NCBI GenBank assembly: GCA_900539265.1
Contig: UQBM01000004.1
Location: forward strand, 7,982-71,981
Length of the DNA stretch: 64,000 nucleotides
From: an uncultured Mollicutes bacterium
GTDB lineage: Bacteria; Bacillota_I; Bacilli_A; ML615J-28; CAG-313
Direction: 5' to 3'
Part shown: positions 18,523 to 28,169 of the stretch, one piece after another
Position numbering within the stretch: position 1 is the stretch's first letter
Layout of the letters: each line of letters starts with the position of its first letter
The notes under the pieces: generated by a model
Told to the model about the DNA's origin: nothing
Seen by the model: only the letters and a program-made list of their open reading frames with translations
Databases searched by the model: none
Program-made: the position numbers and the translations under genes

Positions 18523-21333
18523 ATGAAAAAATTATTTGTCTTTTTAACTTTAGCTTTAGTATCATTTTTTATCACAGGTTGTATTGATGAAAATACGGAT
18601 CCTAAAGCATCTGTTGAAAATGCTATTAGTCAATGTTTTAAAAATGTTGATTTGAATCATGTTGAATCAAATCTAGTTTTTGAAACTACAATTGGTGAAG
18701 TAACTTTAAGTTATGAGTCTTCTAATAAAGATGTTGTTTCTAATGAGGGAATTGTTAGAAGGCAACAAGTTGATGTAACTCTTCAAATTACAGTTACTTT
18801 TAGCGTTGGTTCATATAAAAAAGCAAAAGTATATGACGTTACAGTATTAAAGCAAGAACTTCAAACAATAAGTCAAATAAAAAAACTTCCAACCGAAGGA
18901 TTTGTAATTACAACAGGAATTGTGGCATTTATTGTTTATGGAACGGAAAAGAATGTTCCCGTTGGTTTCTATTTATTTGATGAGACAGATGCAATTTATG
19001 TTCATAGTTCAGAATATGCTGAAACCCTAAAAGTTGGCAATAAAGTAGAAGTAAGTGGCGAATATACAAAATATATTGATCAAAATTCTCTTACATCTGC
19101 TGAAATGGCGGGATATACAGGAGCAAAACAAATTGTCCCAACGAGTGTAAAAACGGATGGTGAAATTTATGAAGTTCCTACCTCATTTATAGAGGATCAT
19201 TCCATTGCTAATTTATGTAGTATTCCTGTATCAGAAAATATTACATCAAATGTTTATAAAGTGGTGGCAAAGGTTCGTAAATCAGTTGGCAATGGTTTTG
19301 TTAATTATTATTTTGATGATTTAAATGGTGTGAATAGTTATTATGCCTATACGACAGCAAACGGAAAAGATTTAGCATGGCTTGAAGAGTATGATGGTAG
19401 TATTAGAGAATGTTATATTGCAATTCATAATTGTAAGCTTTCCGCAAGCGGTAATTTTTGGCGAATTGTTCCAATTCAAATTTTAGATGAAGTTGAAGTA
19501 ACAGATGAAGAATATATGGAATATAGTCTAGATCGTCTAGCTAACCAATTCATTGATCATTATGATAGTCCTTGTAGTTTTGATTTGGTAAATACTGATG
19601 AAAAATTAGCAGGTTCATCAGTTTGTTATTCCTCTAATTTTGAAGGTGTAACTTTTACTAATAATGGTTATACAATTCATCTTGAATTTGGTGAAGAAAA
19701 AGTGACTATGGCAGTTACCATTTCGCTTACTTATAATGGGAAAACTTTAACTAGAGTTGTTGAGTTTGAGGCAGCAATGATAAAGCCAACTATTGAGACA
19801 ATTACAATTGAAGAAGCAAGAAAAGTTGCAAAAGGTGAAAAGGTAACAATTGAGGGTTATATTGTTGGTTTCTTATATTTAGTAGGTACTTCTAAACCTG
19901 CAGGTTTTGAATTAATTGATGATACTAGTTCAATTGCAGTATTTGTATCAACTGCTGTTGACACGAACACTGATATTACTAAATTAAGTATTGGTGAGTT
20001 TGTTTATGTTGAAGGATATGGTGATTTATATCAACCACGAGAAGATCATAATCATACTGGTTCTATTAGATTAAATAATGCAGAAGTACTATATCATGAT
20101 TGGCAAGAACATGAACTTCCAACTCACGCAATAGAAGAAGTGGTTTTTAAAGATTTGGTAAATAATCCATCTGATAACAATATTACTAATATGGTTTTTA
20201 AAACACAAATCTATGTTGAAAGAAGTTCGGGAAGTTATGTAAATTATTACATTCATGATATTCATGATCCATCATTAAGTACAATTGTATATTCACAAAA
20301 TTCTGGTAAAAATGGTCCTGCTGAATATGAATGGTTAAAACCATATGCTGGAAAATGTGTTGAAGCGTATGTCACTCTTCGTATTGGTGCTGTTTCTAGT
20401 GGTAAATTTATTTGGAAAGCTGGAGTGTTACAAGTTTTAGGTGAAGTTGAAACCCCTGAGGCTTTAGTAGGATATTTTGAAAAAACAAAAATTGAGGGAT
20501 TATTTGATAATGAATATGCTGATAGTGCAGTAATTGAATATGAAGTATTAGAAGGCAGTAATATTGTTCTTTCCCATTCTTCTAGTGATGCGGTAACTGC
20601 AGTACAAGAAGGAAATTTATTTCAGATTCATATTGCAACTCCAACTCAAACAGAAGATGTTTCAATCAGTCTAGTCTTAACGTATGGCAGTACTGAGACA
20701 ACGATTGATATTTTCTTTAAAATTGTTAAAGCTGAAATATTAACAATTGAACAATTTAGAGAAAAAGCTACAAAAAATGGAGAAACTGTTATTGTAGAAG
20801 GAATCGTATCCTCAATTGTTAAATCAAGTGGTGCTACGAAATGGAACTTCTATATAACTGATGAAACGGGTACAATTTATTGTAAAACCCAAGCAGCAGT
20901 TGAAGTTGGCGATAAAGTTTTGATTAAAGGTAATATGGATTTATATTATGGATTACCTCAGTTTGCTGATGGCTCAACAATTACTATATTATCTCAAGGC
21001 AATGCAGTACCAACATCTTCTTTCTTAAAAGACAAAACGTTAGAAGATGTAGCAGTTGATAGTAAAGCAGGTGAAAATGCTTTACTTGGTGGAATTGTTT
21101 ATATGGATGTTGAGGCAACTGTTCATGTTAGTGCCTCAGGTGAAAGAGCATATTTATCTTTAGGTTCGGTAGAAATTGATTTATATAATTATACTAATGC
21201 AAAATATTATGCCGAAAACTATCAAGAGTTAGAGGCTTTAAATGGAAAAACAATTGTGGTTACTCTAGTTTCTTTTAACTGGTATAAGACGCAATATACA
21301 TATGTTATTGCTAATTATATAGTAGTTGAATAA
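18523..21333 (+). CDS. Large surface lipoprotein (936 aa) with three OB-fold-like modules
   Basis: N-terminal signal peptide with lipobox FFITGC. Three repeated modules fit an OB-fold/tRNA_anti-like pattern (GxVxxIVxxxxGFxLxDxTGxIxVxxxxxxxxKVGDxVxVxGxxxxYxG): KLPTEGFVITTGIVAFIVYG..., TIEEARKVAKGEKVTIEGYIVGF..., TIEQFREKATKNGETVIVEGIVSSIVK... No catalytic motif recognised. Confidence 0.75.
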   Translation: MKKLFVFLTLALVSFFITGCIDENTDPKASVENAISQCFKNVDLNHVESNLVFETTIGEVTLSYESSNKDVVSNEGIVRRQQVDVTLQITVTFSVGSYKKAKVYDVTVLKQELQTISQIKKLPTEGFVITTGIVAFIVYGTEKNVPVGFYLFDETDAIYVHSSEYAETLKVGNKVEVSGEYTKYIDQNSLTSAEMAGYTGAKQIVPTSVKTDGEIYEVPTSFIEDHSIANLCSIPVSENITSNVYKVVAKVRKSVGNGFVNYYFDDLNGVNSYYAYTTANGKDLAWLEEYDGSIRECYIAIHNCKLSASGNFWRIVPIQILDEVEVTDEEYMEYSLDRLANQFIDHYDSPCSFDLVNTDEKLAGSSVCYSSNFEGVTFTNNGYTIHLEFGEEKVTMAVTISLTYNGKTLTRVVEFEAAMIKPTIETITIEEARKVAKGEKVTIEGYIVGFLYLVGTSKPAGFELIDDTSSIAVFVSTAVDTNTDITKLSIGEFVYVEGYGDLYQPREDHNHTGSIRLNNAEVLYHDWQEHELPTHAIEEVVFKDLVNNPSDNNITNMVFKTQIYVERSSGSYVNYYIHDIHDPSLSTIVYSQNSGKNGPAEYEWLKPYAGKCVEAYVTLRIGAVSSGKFIWKAGVLQVLGEVETPEALVGYFEKTKIEGLFDNEYADSAVIEYEVLEGSNIVLSHSSSDAVTAVQEGNLFQIHIATPTQTEDVSISLVLTYGSTETTIDIFFKIVKAEILTIEQFREKATKNGETVIVEGIVSSIVKSSGATKWNFYITDETGTIYCKTQAAVEVGDKVLIKGNMDLYYGLPQFADGSTITILSQGNAVPTSSFLKDKTLEDVAVDSKAGENALLGGIVYMDVEATVHVSASGERAYLSLGSVEIDLYNYTNAKYYAENYQELEALNGKTIVVTLVSFNWYKTQYTYVIANYIVVE

Positions 21334-21462
21334 TAAAAATTAAAAATGAAGTGGATAAATTTTGAAAAGATATAGAAATGGTCTATTTGTAAAGTATCTT
21401 ATCAAAGTATCCACTTTTTTATTTATAAATAAAAAATATTATAAAATATGAATTAAACCTAT

Positions 21463-21489
21463 TGACAAATAACCAAAAAGTGGTATAAT
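21463..21489 (+). promoter_or_regulatory. htpG promoter (TTGACA, 15 nt, TGgTATAAT extended -10)
   Basis: TTGACA at 21463-21468, and TGG immediately preceding TATAAT at 21484-21489. Sits immediately upstream of the CIRCE element. Confidence 0.5.
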
Positions 21490-21493
21490 AGTA

Positions 21494-21520
21494 TTAGCAC
21501 TCATATATAAAGAGTGCTAA
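21494..21520 (+). promoter_or_regulatory. CIRCE element (HrcA operator) upstream of htpG
   Basis: TTAGCACTC-atatataaa-GAGTGCTAA: a perfect match to the CIRCE consensus TTAGCACTC-N9-GAGTGCTAA, between the promoter and the htpG RBS. Confidence 0.85.
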
Positions 21521-21533
21521 AGGAGTGAAAAAT

Positions 21534-23477
21534 ATGAGCGAAATTAAAGAATTTAAAACAGAATCCAAACGATTATTAGATTTAATGATCAATTCTATTT
21601 ATACAAATCAAGAAATTTTCTTAAGGGAGTTATTATCAAATGCATCAGATGCAATTGATAAATACCATTATTTATCATTATCAGATGATAAATTGGCAAA
21701 AAGGAATGATTATGAAATTCATCTTGAGTTAAATAAAGAAGCACGAACATTAACAATATCGGATAATGGTATTGGTATGACATATGATGAAATAAATGAT
21801 AATTTAGGAACAATCGCAAAATCAGGGACTCTTGCCTTTGTTAAAAATTTAGAAAATTCTAAGGAAGAAGGAAAGGATGCCCTAGAAACAATTGGGCAAT
21901 TTGGGGTTGGATTTTATTCAGCTTTTATGGTTAGTAAAAAGGTGGTTGTTGATACGAAATCACCATATAGTGATAAGGGATATGTATTTACTTCAACGGG
22001 TGAGGATACATATGAGATTGCTACATCTGATAAAGTAACCGATGGTACTACAATTACCTTATATTTAAAAGATAATATTAAGGGTGAAGATGATAAGGTA
22101 GAGGTTGATTTTGATCAATATTTAGATGAATATACAATTCAATATTTAGTTAAAAAATATTCTGACTATATTAGATATCCAATTACAATGTATATGACAA
22201 AAGAAGAACCCAAACTTGATGACAATGGCAAAGAAGTTGAGGGTGAATATGATGAGATTAGAACACTTACAACTCTAAATTCGATGATTCCGCTTTGGAA
22301 GAAAAATAAAAATGATGTGACAGATGAGGCTTTAGATGATTTTTATATGCAAAAATTTTATGATTTTGAAAAGCCAATGCTTCATCTTATGTTTAATGTT
22401 GAAGGTAGTGTCAATTATAATACACTTTTGTTTATCCCTAATTTACCACCTAGAAATTTACATTCTGTTGATTATGAAAAGGGCTTGCAACTTTACTCTA
22501 AAGGGGTTTTCATTATGGATAAATGTAAAGAATTAATACCTGATTATTTGAGGTTTGTCAAGGGGGTTGTTGATTCTAGTGATTTATCGCTTAATATTAG
22601 TAGAGAAATGTTGCAACAAAATAAGGTTTTAAATTTGATGCAAAAGAATATTGAAAAGAAGATTATCAATCGACTTGCCTTACTTCAAAAAGAAGATTTT
22701 GATAAATATCTTACATTCTTTAAAAATTATGGAATCAATTTAAAATTTGGTGCTTATGAAAATTATGGAGCTAAAAAAGAATTGTTACAAGATTTATTGA
22801 TTTATAGTAGTGTGAATTCTGATAAAATGATCACTTTTAAAGAATATGTAGAACAAATGAAAGAGAATCAAAAGGATATCTATTATGCCTCAGGAAAATC
22901 AAAAGAAGAAATTTTATCAATGCCTCAAATGGATATTGTTAAAAAATATGGCTATGATGTTTTGATTTTAACTGATGATGTGGATGAATTTCTATTAAAA
23001 ATTTTAAATAAATATAATGATCACGAATTTAAATCAATTAATCAATCGGCTTTAGATGATCTTACAACTGAGGAAGAAAAAGAAAAATTAGAAGAGCAAC
23101 AAAAAGACCATCAAGATTTATTAAAAGCGTTAAAAGAAGCCTTAAAGGATGAGGTAAAAGATGTTATTTTATCGAAAAGACTTGTTGATTCACCAGTTTG
23201 TTTGGTAAGTGGTGATGGGGTTTCCTTTGAAATGGAAAAAGTAATTGAAGCAATGCCTACAAATGATAAGATCAAAGCGGAAAGAATTTTAGAAATCAAT
23301 CCTAATCATGAATTATTTCATGCTTTAAATCAATTATATGAGCAAAATCCTGATGATATTAAAGATTATGCTACTTTGTTATACAATCAGGCACTTTTAA
23401 TGGAAGGTTTTAAACTGAACAATAGTGTTGCATTTTCTAATTTAATGTGTAAATTAATGATCAAGAGTATCAAATAA
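21534..23477 (+). CDS. htpG: Molecular chaperone HtpG (Hsp90)
   Basis: N-terminus MSEIKEFKTESKRLLDLMINSIYTNQEIFLRELLSNASDAIDK (Hsp90 GHKL N-box), DNGIGM, GQFGVGFYS. ATG at 21534 is preferred over the upstream GTG; AGGAG RBS at 21521-21525. Confidence 0.9.
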   Translation: MSEIKEFKTESKRLLDLMINSIYTNQEIFLRELLSNASDAIDKYHYLSLSDDKLAKRNDYEIHLELNKEARTLTISDNGIGMTYDEINDNLGTIAKSGTLAFVKNLENSKEEGKDALETIGQFGVGFYSAFMVSKKVVVDTKSPYSDKGYVFTSTGEDTYEIATSDKVTDGTTITLYLKDNIKGEDDKVEVDFDQYLDEYTIQYLVKKYSDYIRYPITMYMTKEEPKLDDNGKEVEGEYDEIRTLTTLNSMIPLWKKNKNDVTDEALDDFYMQKFYDFEKPMLHLMFNVEGSVNYNTLLFIPNLPPRNLHSVDYEKGLQLYSKGVFIMDKCKELIPDYLRFVKGVVDSSDLSLNISREMLQQNKVLNLMQKNIEKKIINRLALLQKEDFDKYLTFFKNYGINLKFGAYENYGAKKELLQDLLIYSSVNSDKMITFKEYVEQMKENQKDIYYASGKSKEEILSMPQMDIVKKYGYDVLILTDDVDEFLLKILNKYNDHEFKSINQSALDDLTTEEEKEKLEEQQKDHQDLLKALKEALKDEVKDVILSKRLVDSPVCLVSGDGVSFEMEKVIEAMPTNDKIKAERILEINPNHELFHALNQLYEQNPDDIKDYATLLYNQALLMEGFKLNNSVAFSNLMCKLMIKSIK

Positions 23478-23546
23478 AAATAATTTAAAAATTTATGTAT
23501 AAAAAGGTAAATTCTTCTAAAAATAATTATAAAGGAGGATTTATTT

Positions 23547-23741
23547 ATGACTGGAAAAGAATTATTATATGTTGAAGATGCTCTTGGGCATATTAAACAT
23601 ATGAAAACGATTTGTGAAACTTATTCAAGAAATTTACAAGATCCTAATTTAAAGGCTTTTGTAGAAACTCTTAGACAAAGAAATCAGGAGTTAGAAACAA
23701 AATTTTTAAATGTTTTAGGAGGTGCTACAAATGGACGATAG
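23547..23741 (+). CDS. Small CotF-like (spore coat protein F family) protein
   Basis: 64 aa with AAGGAGGA RBS. Helical, ferritin-like pattern; overlaps the next CotF-like ORF by 20 nt. Confidence 0.45.
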   Translation: MTGKELLYVEDALGHIKHMKTICETYSRNLQDPNLKAFVETLRQRNQELETKFLNVLGGATNGR

Positions 23742-23979
23742 AGCGTTAATGGAAGATTTACTATTAGTTACCAAAGGCGTTTGTGATTTGTATATGCATG
23801 GAACAATTGAATCATCAACTCCTCATATTTTAACAACCTTTAGCGATAGTTTAAATGATTCACTTGCGATGCAATCAGAAATTTACAAAACGATGGAACA
23901 AAAGGGTTGGTATCAAACAGATCCTGCTGATATCACAAAAATTAAAAAAGCTTACAATAAATTTACAACTCAAGCGTAG
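23722..23979 (+). CDS. CotF-like (Coat_F domain) protein
   Basis: 85 aa. DRALMEDLLLVTKGVCDLYMHGTIESSTPHIL...EIYKTMEQKGWYQ resembles the Coat_F consensus (dlL..eK.l...Y..a..E...p.lr......h...i...m...GWY). Confidence 0.5.
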   Translation: MLQMDDRALMEDLLLVTKGVCDLYMHGTIESSTPHILTTFSDSLNDSLAMQSEIYKTMEQKGWYQTDPADITKIKKAYNKFTTQA

Positions 23980-23991
23980 TCAAAGAAGAAT

Positions 23992-24015
23992 TCTCAACTA
24001 AAGTTGAGAGTTTTT
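23992..24015 (+). terminator. Terminator after the CotF-like pair
   Basis: CTCAAC-taaa-GTTGAG hairpin followed by AGTTTTTCTTTT. Confidence 0.4.
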
Positions 24016-24142
24016 CTTTTGTCTTTAACAAAATGTTCGTTGTAAAATTTGTTTTTAAAAATTATTGTTGTATATTAGTAAATAAAATTTATAATAAATG
24101 TTAGAATAGTAATAGTGAAAATTCAATTTATAAGGAGGAACT

Positions 24143-25810
24143 ATGTTAACTGATATTGAAATTGCGCAATCAATTCAACCTAAGAATATCAAAGAAATTG
24201 CTAGAAATGCAGGAATTGATGAAAAGTATTTAGAACAATATGGCAATTATAAGGCTAAGGTTGATCTTTCTATTATGAAAGATTTAAAAAAGGATCATTC
24301 TAAATTGATTCTTGTTACCGCAATCACACCAACTCCTGCTGGTGAAGGAAAGACTACTACGACAATTGGACTTGCTGATGGTCTAAAACAAATAGGTAAA
24401 AATGTAATGGTGGCATTAAGAGAACCATCGCTTGGACCAGTTTTTGGAATTAAAGGTGGAGCAGCAGGTGGTGGATATGCGCAAGTTGTGCCAATGGAAG
24501 ATATTAATCTGCATTTTACTGGTGATTTTCATGCAATAGGTGCGGCTAATAACTTACTTGCTGCAATGCTTGATAATCATATTTATCAAGGTAATGAATT
24601 AGGAATTGATTTAAATAAAATTACGTGGCACAGATGTGTTGATATGAATGATCGTCAACTGCGTTTTATTACCGATGGACAAGGTGGTAAATTTAATGGG
24701 GTTGAAAGACAAGATAGTTATGATATAACTGTTGCTTCTGAAATTATGGCCGTTTTATGTTTAGCAAGTTCTATTAGTGATTTGAAAAAACGTCTTGGTC
24801 AGATAATTGTTGGATATACTAGCGATGATAAGCCTATTACTGCTCACGATTTAAAAGCAGAAGGGGCTATGGCTGCACTTTTAAAAGATGCTTTAAAGCC
24901 AAATTTAGTTCAGACTTTAGAACATACACCAGCACTTGTGCATGGTGGACCATTTGCTAATATTGCTCATGGTTGTAATTCGGTAGTAGCAACGAAACTT
25001 GCTTTAAAATTAGGTGATTATGTTGTTACAGAGGCTGGTTTTGGTGCTGATCTTGGAGCTGAGAAATTTTTAGATATTAAGTGTCGAGTAGCGGGATTAA
25101 AGCCAGATGCAGTGGTAATTGTTGCGACAATTAGAGCTTTAAAGATGCATGGTGGTATGCCTAAGGAACTTTTAGCAAATGAGGATTTAACTGCTTTAGA
25201 AAAAGGTCTCCCTAATCTTTTAAGACATGTTTCCAATATTACAAATGTTTATAAATTACCATCAGTAGTTGCCATTAACCGCTTTCCTACCGACACTGAT
25301 CAAGAAATTGCCTTAATTATACAAAAATGTCAAGAACTTGGTGTTCATGTGGTTTTATCGACTGTTTGGGAAAATGGTGGACAAGGTGGTATTGAATTAG
25401 CAAAAGAGGTTGTCAAACTTTGTGAAGAAAAAAATGATTTTACCTTTAGTTATGAAACAAATCTATCTATTGAAGAAAAAATTGAGGCTGTTGTGACTAA
25501 AATATATGGTGGCAGCAAAATTAAAATCTTAAATAGTGCTAAAGAACAAATTAAAAGACTTGAAGAATTAGGGTTTGGTAACTTACCTATTTGTATAGCT
25601 AAAACTCAATATAGTTTTTCCGATGATGCAACGAAACTTGGTGCCCCTTGTGATTTTATCGTTACGGTAAGAAATGTTAAGATTAGTGCAGGAGCAGGAT
25701 TTATCGTAGTTTTGACGGGTAAAATCATGACAATGCCAGGTCTTCCAAAGGTTCCTGCTGCTGAGGGAATTGATGTTGATGATGATGGGAAAATTTATGG
25801 TTTATTTTAA
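24143..25810 (+). CDS. fhs: Formate--tetrahydrofolate ligase
   Basis: 555 aa. Canonical FTHFS N-terminus (MLTDIEIAQ...), [17 protein letters not shown]-loop, and a C-terminus ending ...DGKIYGLF. Confidence 0.95.
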   Translation: MLTDIEIAQSIQPKNIKEIARNAGIDEKYLEQYGNYKAKVDLSIMKDLKKDHSKLILVTAITPTPAGEGKTTTTIGLADGLKQIGKNVMVALREPSLGPVFGIKGGAAGGGYAQVVPMEDINLHFTGDFHAIGAANNLLAAMLDNHIYQGNELGIDLNKITWHRCVDMNDRQLRFITDGQGGKFNGVERQDSYDITVASEIMAVLCLASSISDLKKRLGQIIVGYTSDDKPITAHDLKAEGAMAALLKDALKPNLVQTLEHTPALVHGGPFANIAHGCNSVVATKLALKLGDYVVTEAGFGADLGAEKFLDIKCRVAGLKPDAVVIVATIRALKMHGGMPKELLANEDLTALEKGLPNLLRHVSNITNVYKLPSVVAINRFPTDTDQEIALIIQKCQELGVHVVLSTVWENGGQGGIELAKEVVKLCEEKNDFTFSYETNLSIEEKIEAVVTKIYGGSKIKILNSAKEQIKRLEELGFGNLPICIAKTQYSFSDDATKLGAPCDFIVTVRNVKISAGAGFIVVLTGKIMTMPGLPKVPAAEGIDVDDDGKIYGLF

Positions 25811-25852
25811 ATAAAAAATATTTGCAAATTATGTGCTAAATAGAAATAATTT

Positions 25853-25861
25853 TGGTATAAT
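25853..25861 (+). promoter_or_regulatory. Extended -10 promoter (TGgTATAAT) for the pyr leader transcript
   Basis: TGGTATAAT at 25853-25861. No well-spaced -35 (TTGCAA lies 28 nt upstream). About 35 nt upstream of the leader ORF. Confidence 0.4.
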
Positions 25862-25896
25862 ATCCAAAAGTATAAAATAATTGAAGAGGTAGTGCT

Positions 25897-25995
25897 ATGA
25901 ATAAAAAGGGAACAACTAAATTTTCATTCAATAATGGATATGAAAAGTTAGCCTTCTTTTTCTCATTTTTTAGCATTAAGATGATTGTAAAATAA
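25897..25995 (+). CDS. Putative pyr operon leader peptide (32 codons)
   Basis: ATG at 25897 preceded by a GAAGAGG RBS. Encodes MNKKGTTKFSFNNGYEKLAFFFSFFSIKMIVK. The FFFSFF codons form a U-rich tract (TTCTTTTTCTCATTTTTT), and the TAA stop lies inside the 5' arm of the downstream terminator hairpin. Confidence 0.45.
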   Translation: MNKKGTTKFSFNNGYEKLAFFFSFFSIKMIVK

Positions 25996-26024
25996 CTTGA
26001 TTTTTTCAAGTTATTTTTTATTTT
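25989..26024 (+). terminator. Attenuator/terminator hairpin between the leader ORF and pyrB
   Basis: AAAATAACTTGA-ttttt-TCAAGTTATTTT (perfect 12-bp stem) followed by a U-rich tail, 18 nt upstream of the pyrB GTG. Confidence 0.55.
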
Positions 26025-26041
26025 AATTAGGAGGTAATAAA

Positions 26042-26917
26042 GTGAAAAATTTATTTAGTTTACGTGAATTATCAAACGAAGAAATTAAACGTATTTTAGA
26101 TGATGCAATGGCTTTTGAAAATGGTCTACAATATGATTTATCCAATAAAATGATTGCTAATCTTTTTTTTGAACCATCAACAAGAACTCAATATTCCTTT
26201 CAAGTTGCACAGGCTAAATTAAAGATGAAAAGCATAAATTTTAATCCAGTTGGTTCTTCTTTAACGAAAGGAGAAAGTTTTTATGATACAGTTAAAACTT
26301 TTGCTTCCTTTGGAATTGATGCCCTTGTTATTCGCCATGTTCAAAATCGCTATTATGATGAACTTAAAAATCTTAATATTCCGATTATTAATGCTGGGGA
26401 TGGAACAGGTGATCATCCAACTCAAACTCTTTTAGATTTATATACGATTTATAAAGAATTTAAACATTTTACAAATCTTAATATTTTAATTGTAGGAGAT
26501 ATTTTACATTCCAGAGTTGCTCATGGAGGACTTGACATTATGAGACGCCTTGGAATGAATTGTTATATTGCGAGTCCTAATGAATATAAAGATGAAACAT
26601 TAGGTTATCAATATGTTAATCTTAATGATAGCATTAAAGATATGGATGTTATTATGCTTTTAAGGGTCCAAAATGAAAGGCATCATGAAAAAAGCAAGAT
26701 TACAAATGAGGAATATAATAGACTATATGGTCTAAATATAGAAAAGGTAGCTCTTATGAAAAAACAGGCAATTATTATGCATCCAGCTCCTTTTAATAGG
26801 GGTGTAGAAATTACTGATGAGGTTGTCGAATGTGAAAAATCAAGAATTTTTGCGCAAATGACTAATGGTGTTTTTGTTAGACAAAGTATTTTGAAAAGGA
26901 CTTTTACCGATGAATAA
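26042..26917 (+). CDS. pyrB: Aspartate carbamoyltransferase catalytic subunit
   Basis: 291 aa with GTG start and GGAGG RBS. STRTQ (EPSTRTQYSF) and HPTQ motifs. Confidence 0.9.
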   Translation: MKNLFSLRELSNEEIKRILDDAMAFENGLQYDLSNKMIANLFFEPSTRTQYSFQVAQAKLKMKSINFNPVGSSLTKGESFYDTVKTFASFGIDALVIRHVQNRYYDELKNLNIPIINAGDGTGDHPTQTLLDLYTIYKEFKHFTNLNILIVGDILHSRVAHGGLDIMRRLGMNCYIASPNEYKDETLGYQYVNLNDSIKDMDVIMLLRVQNERHHEKSKITNEEYNRLYGLNIEKVALMKKQAIIMHPAPFNRGVEITDEVVECEKSRIFAQMTNGVFVRQSILKRTFTDE

Positions 26918-28169
26918 AACAACGTTAAAAAATGGTTTAGTTTATTATCAATCATCGTTAGTAAAAGTAAATATTGTAATTGAAGGAAGTAAAATAATAA
27001 AGATTGGTTCAAATTTAGAAGAAGGAAAAATAATTGATTGTACAAATCAATTAATAGCTCCAGCTTTTATAGAAGCACATGCACATTTTAGAGAACCAGG
27101 TTTTGAATATAAAGAAACAATTAAAACTGGTAGTATGGCCGCTGCTAAAGGTGGTTATACCAAAGTAATGATGATGCCTAATTTAAATCCTGCTCCTGAT
27201 ACTTTAAATAAAATTAAAAAAATGAAAGCAATTTGTCAAAAAGATAGTCTAATTGAATGTTATCCGCTTGCAACTATCACTAAAAAGCGTTTAGGTAAAG
27301 AGTTAGTCAATTTTGCTACTTTAAAAGATGAAGTAATTGGTTTTAGTGATGATGGAAGTGGAATTCAAAATAGTAAAGTTATATATGATGGTCTTTCTAA
27401 GTTAAAAGATGCTAAAAGTGTAATGATATGTCATTGTGAAGATGTGAATTTAGTGGAAGGAGGCGTTATTAGGGAATCAGATTATGCGAAACTTCATCAT
27501 TATCGTGGAATTAATCCTTTAAGTGAAACGCTTGAGGCTATTAGAAATATGGAAATCGCATATGTCTTAAATACTAGAATTCATCTATGCCATATTTCTA
27601 GTAGATACACAGTTTGGGCAATCAAACAATTTAAAAAGATGGGATGTAAAGTTAGTGCTGAGGTAACTCCTCACAATTTAATATTTACAATTAATGATAT
27701 AGAAGATGATGGTCGATTTAAAATGAATCCTCCTCTTGGAGATGAAGAAGATCAAAAAGTTTTATTAGAAGGATTACTTGATGGGACAATTGATTTTATC
27801 GCTACTGATCATGCTCCTCATAGTGTTTTAGAAAAAAGTGGTGGCCTTAATAATAGTTTATTTGGTATTGTTGGTTTAGAAACAGCTTTTTCATCAATGT
27901 ATACATATTTTGTTAAAACAAAGAAGATGCCACTAGAATTATTACTAGACTTAATGAGCAAGAAAATTAGTGATAGTTTTAATATCAATGATAATCAAAT
28001 AAAAGTTGGCAATGATGCCTCAATTGTGATTATTGATTTAAAACAAAAATTTATAGTAGATTCAAATAAATTTCTTAGTAAAGGAAAATCATCCATTTTT
28101 GAGGGGAAAACATTATATGGAGTTATTGAAAAAACCATATCAAAAGGAGAAATAGTATATGAAAAATAA
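26910..28169 (+). CDS. pyrC: Dihydroorotase
   Basis: 419 aa. HAHFREPG and DHAPH metal-binding motifs; overlaps pyrB by 8 nt. Confidence 0.9.
   Translation: MNKTTLKNGLVYYQSSLVKVNIVIEGSKIIKIGSNLEEGKIIDCTNQLIAPAFIEAHAHFREPGFEYKETIKTGSMAAAKGGYTKVMMMPNLNPAPDTLNKIKKMKAICQKDSLIECYPLATITKKRLGKELVNFATLKDEVIGFSDDGSGIQNSKVIYDGLSKLKDAKSVMICHCEDVNLVEGGVIRESDYAKLHHYRGINPLSETLEAIRNMEIAYVLNTRIHLCHISSRYTVWAIKQFKKMGCKVSAEVTPHNLIFTINDIEDDGRFKMNPPLGDEEDQKVLLEGLLDGTIDFIATDHAPHSVLEKSGGLNNSLFGIVGLETAFSSMYTYFVKTKKMPLELLLDLMSKKISDSFNINDNQIKVGNDASIVIIDLKQKFIVDSNKFLSKGKSSIFEGKTLYGVIEKTISKGEIVYEK

Noticed and set aside
25853-26041. PyrR-binding anti-antiterminator upstream of pyrB
   Set aside because: No match to the ARUCCNGNGAGGYU loop found by eye (closest is uugaagagguag), and no pyrR upstream. 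The leader-peptide model is preferred, but a computational PyrR-motif scan is still needed.
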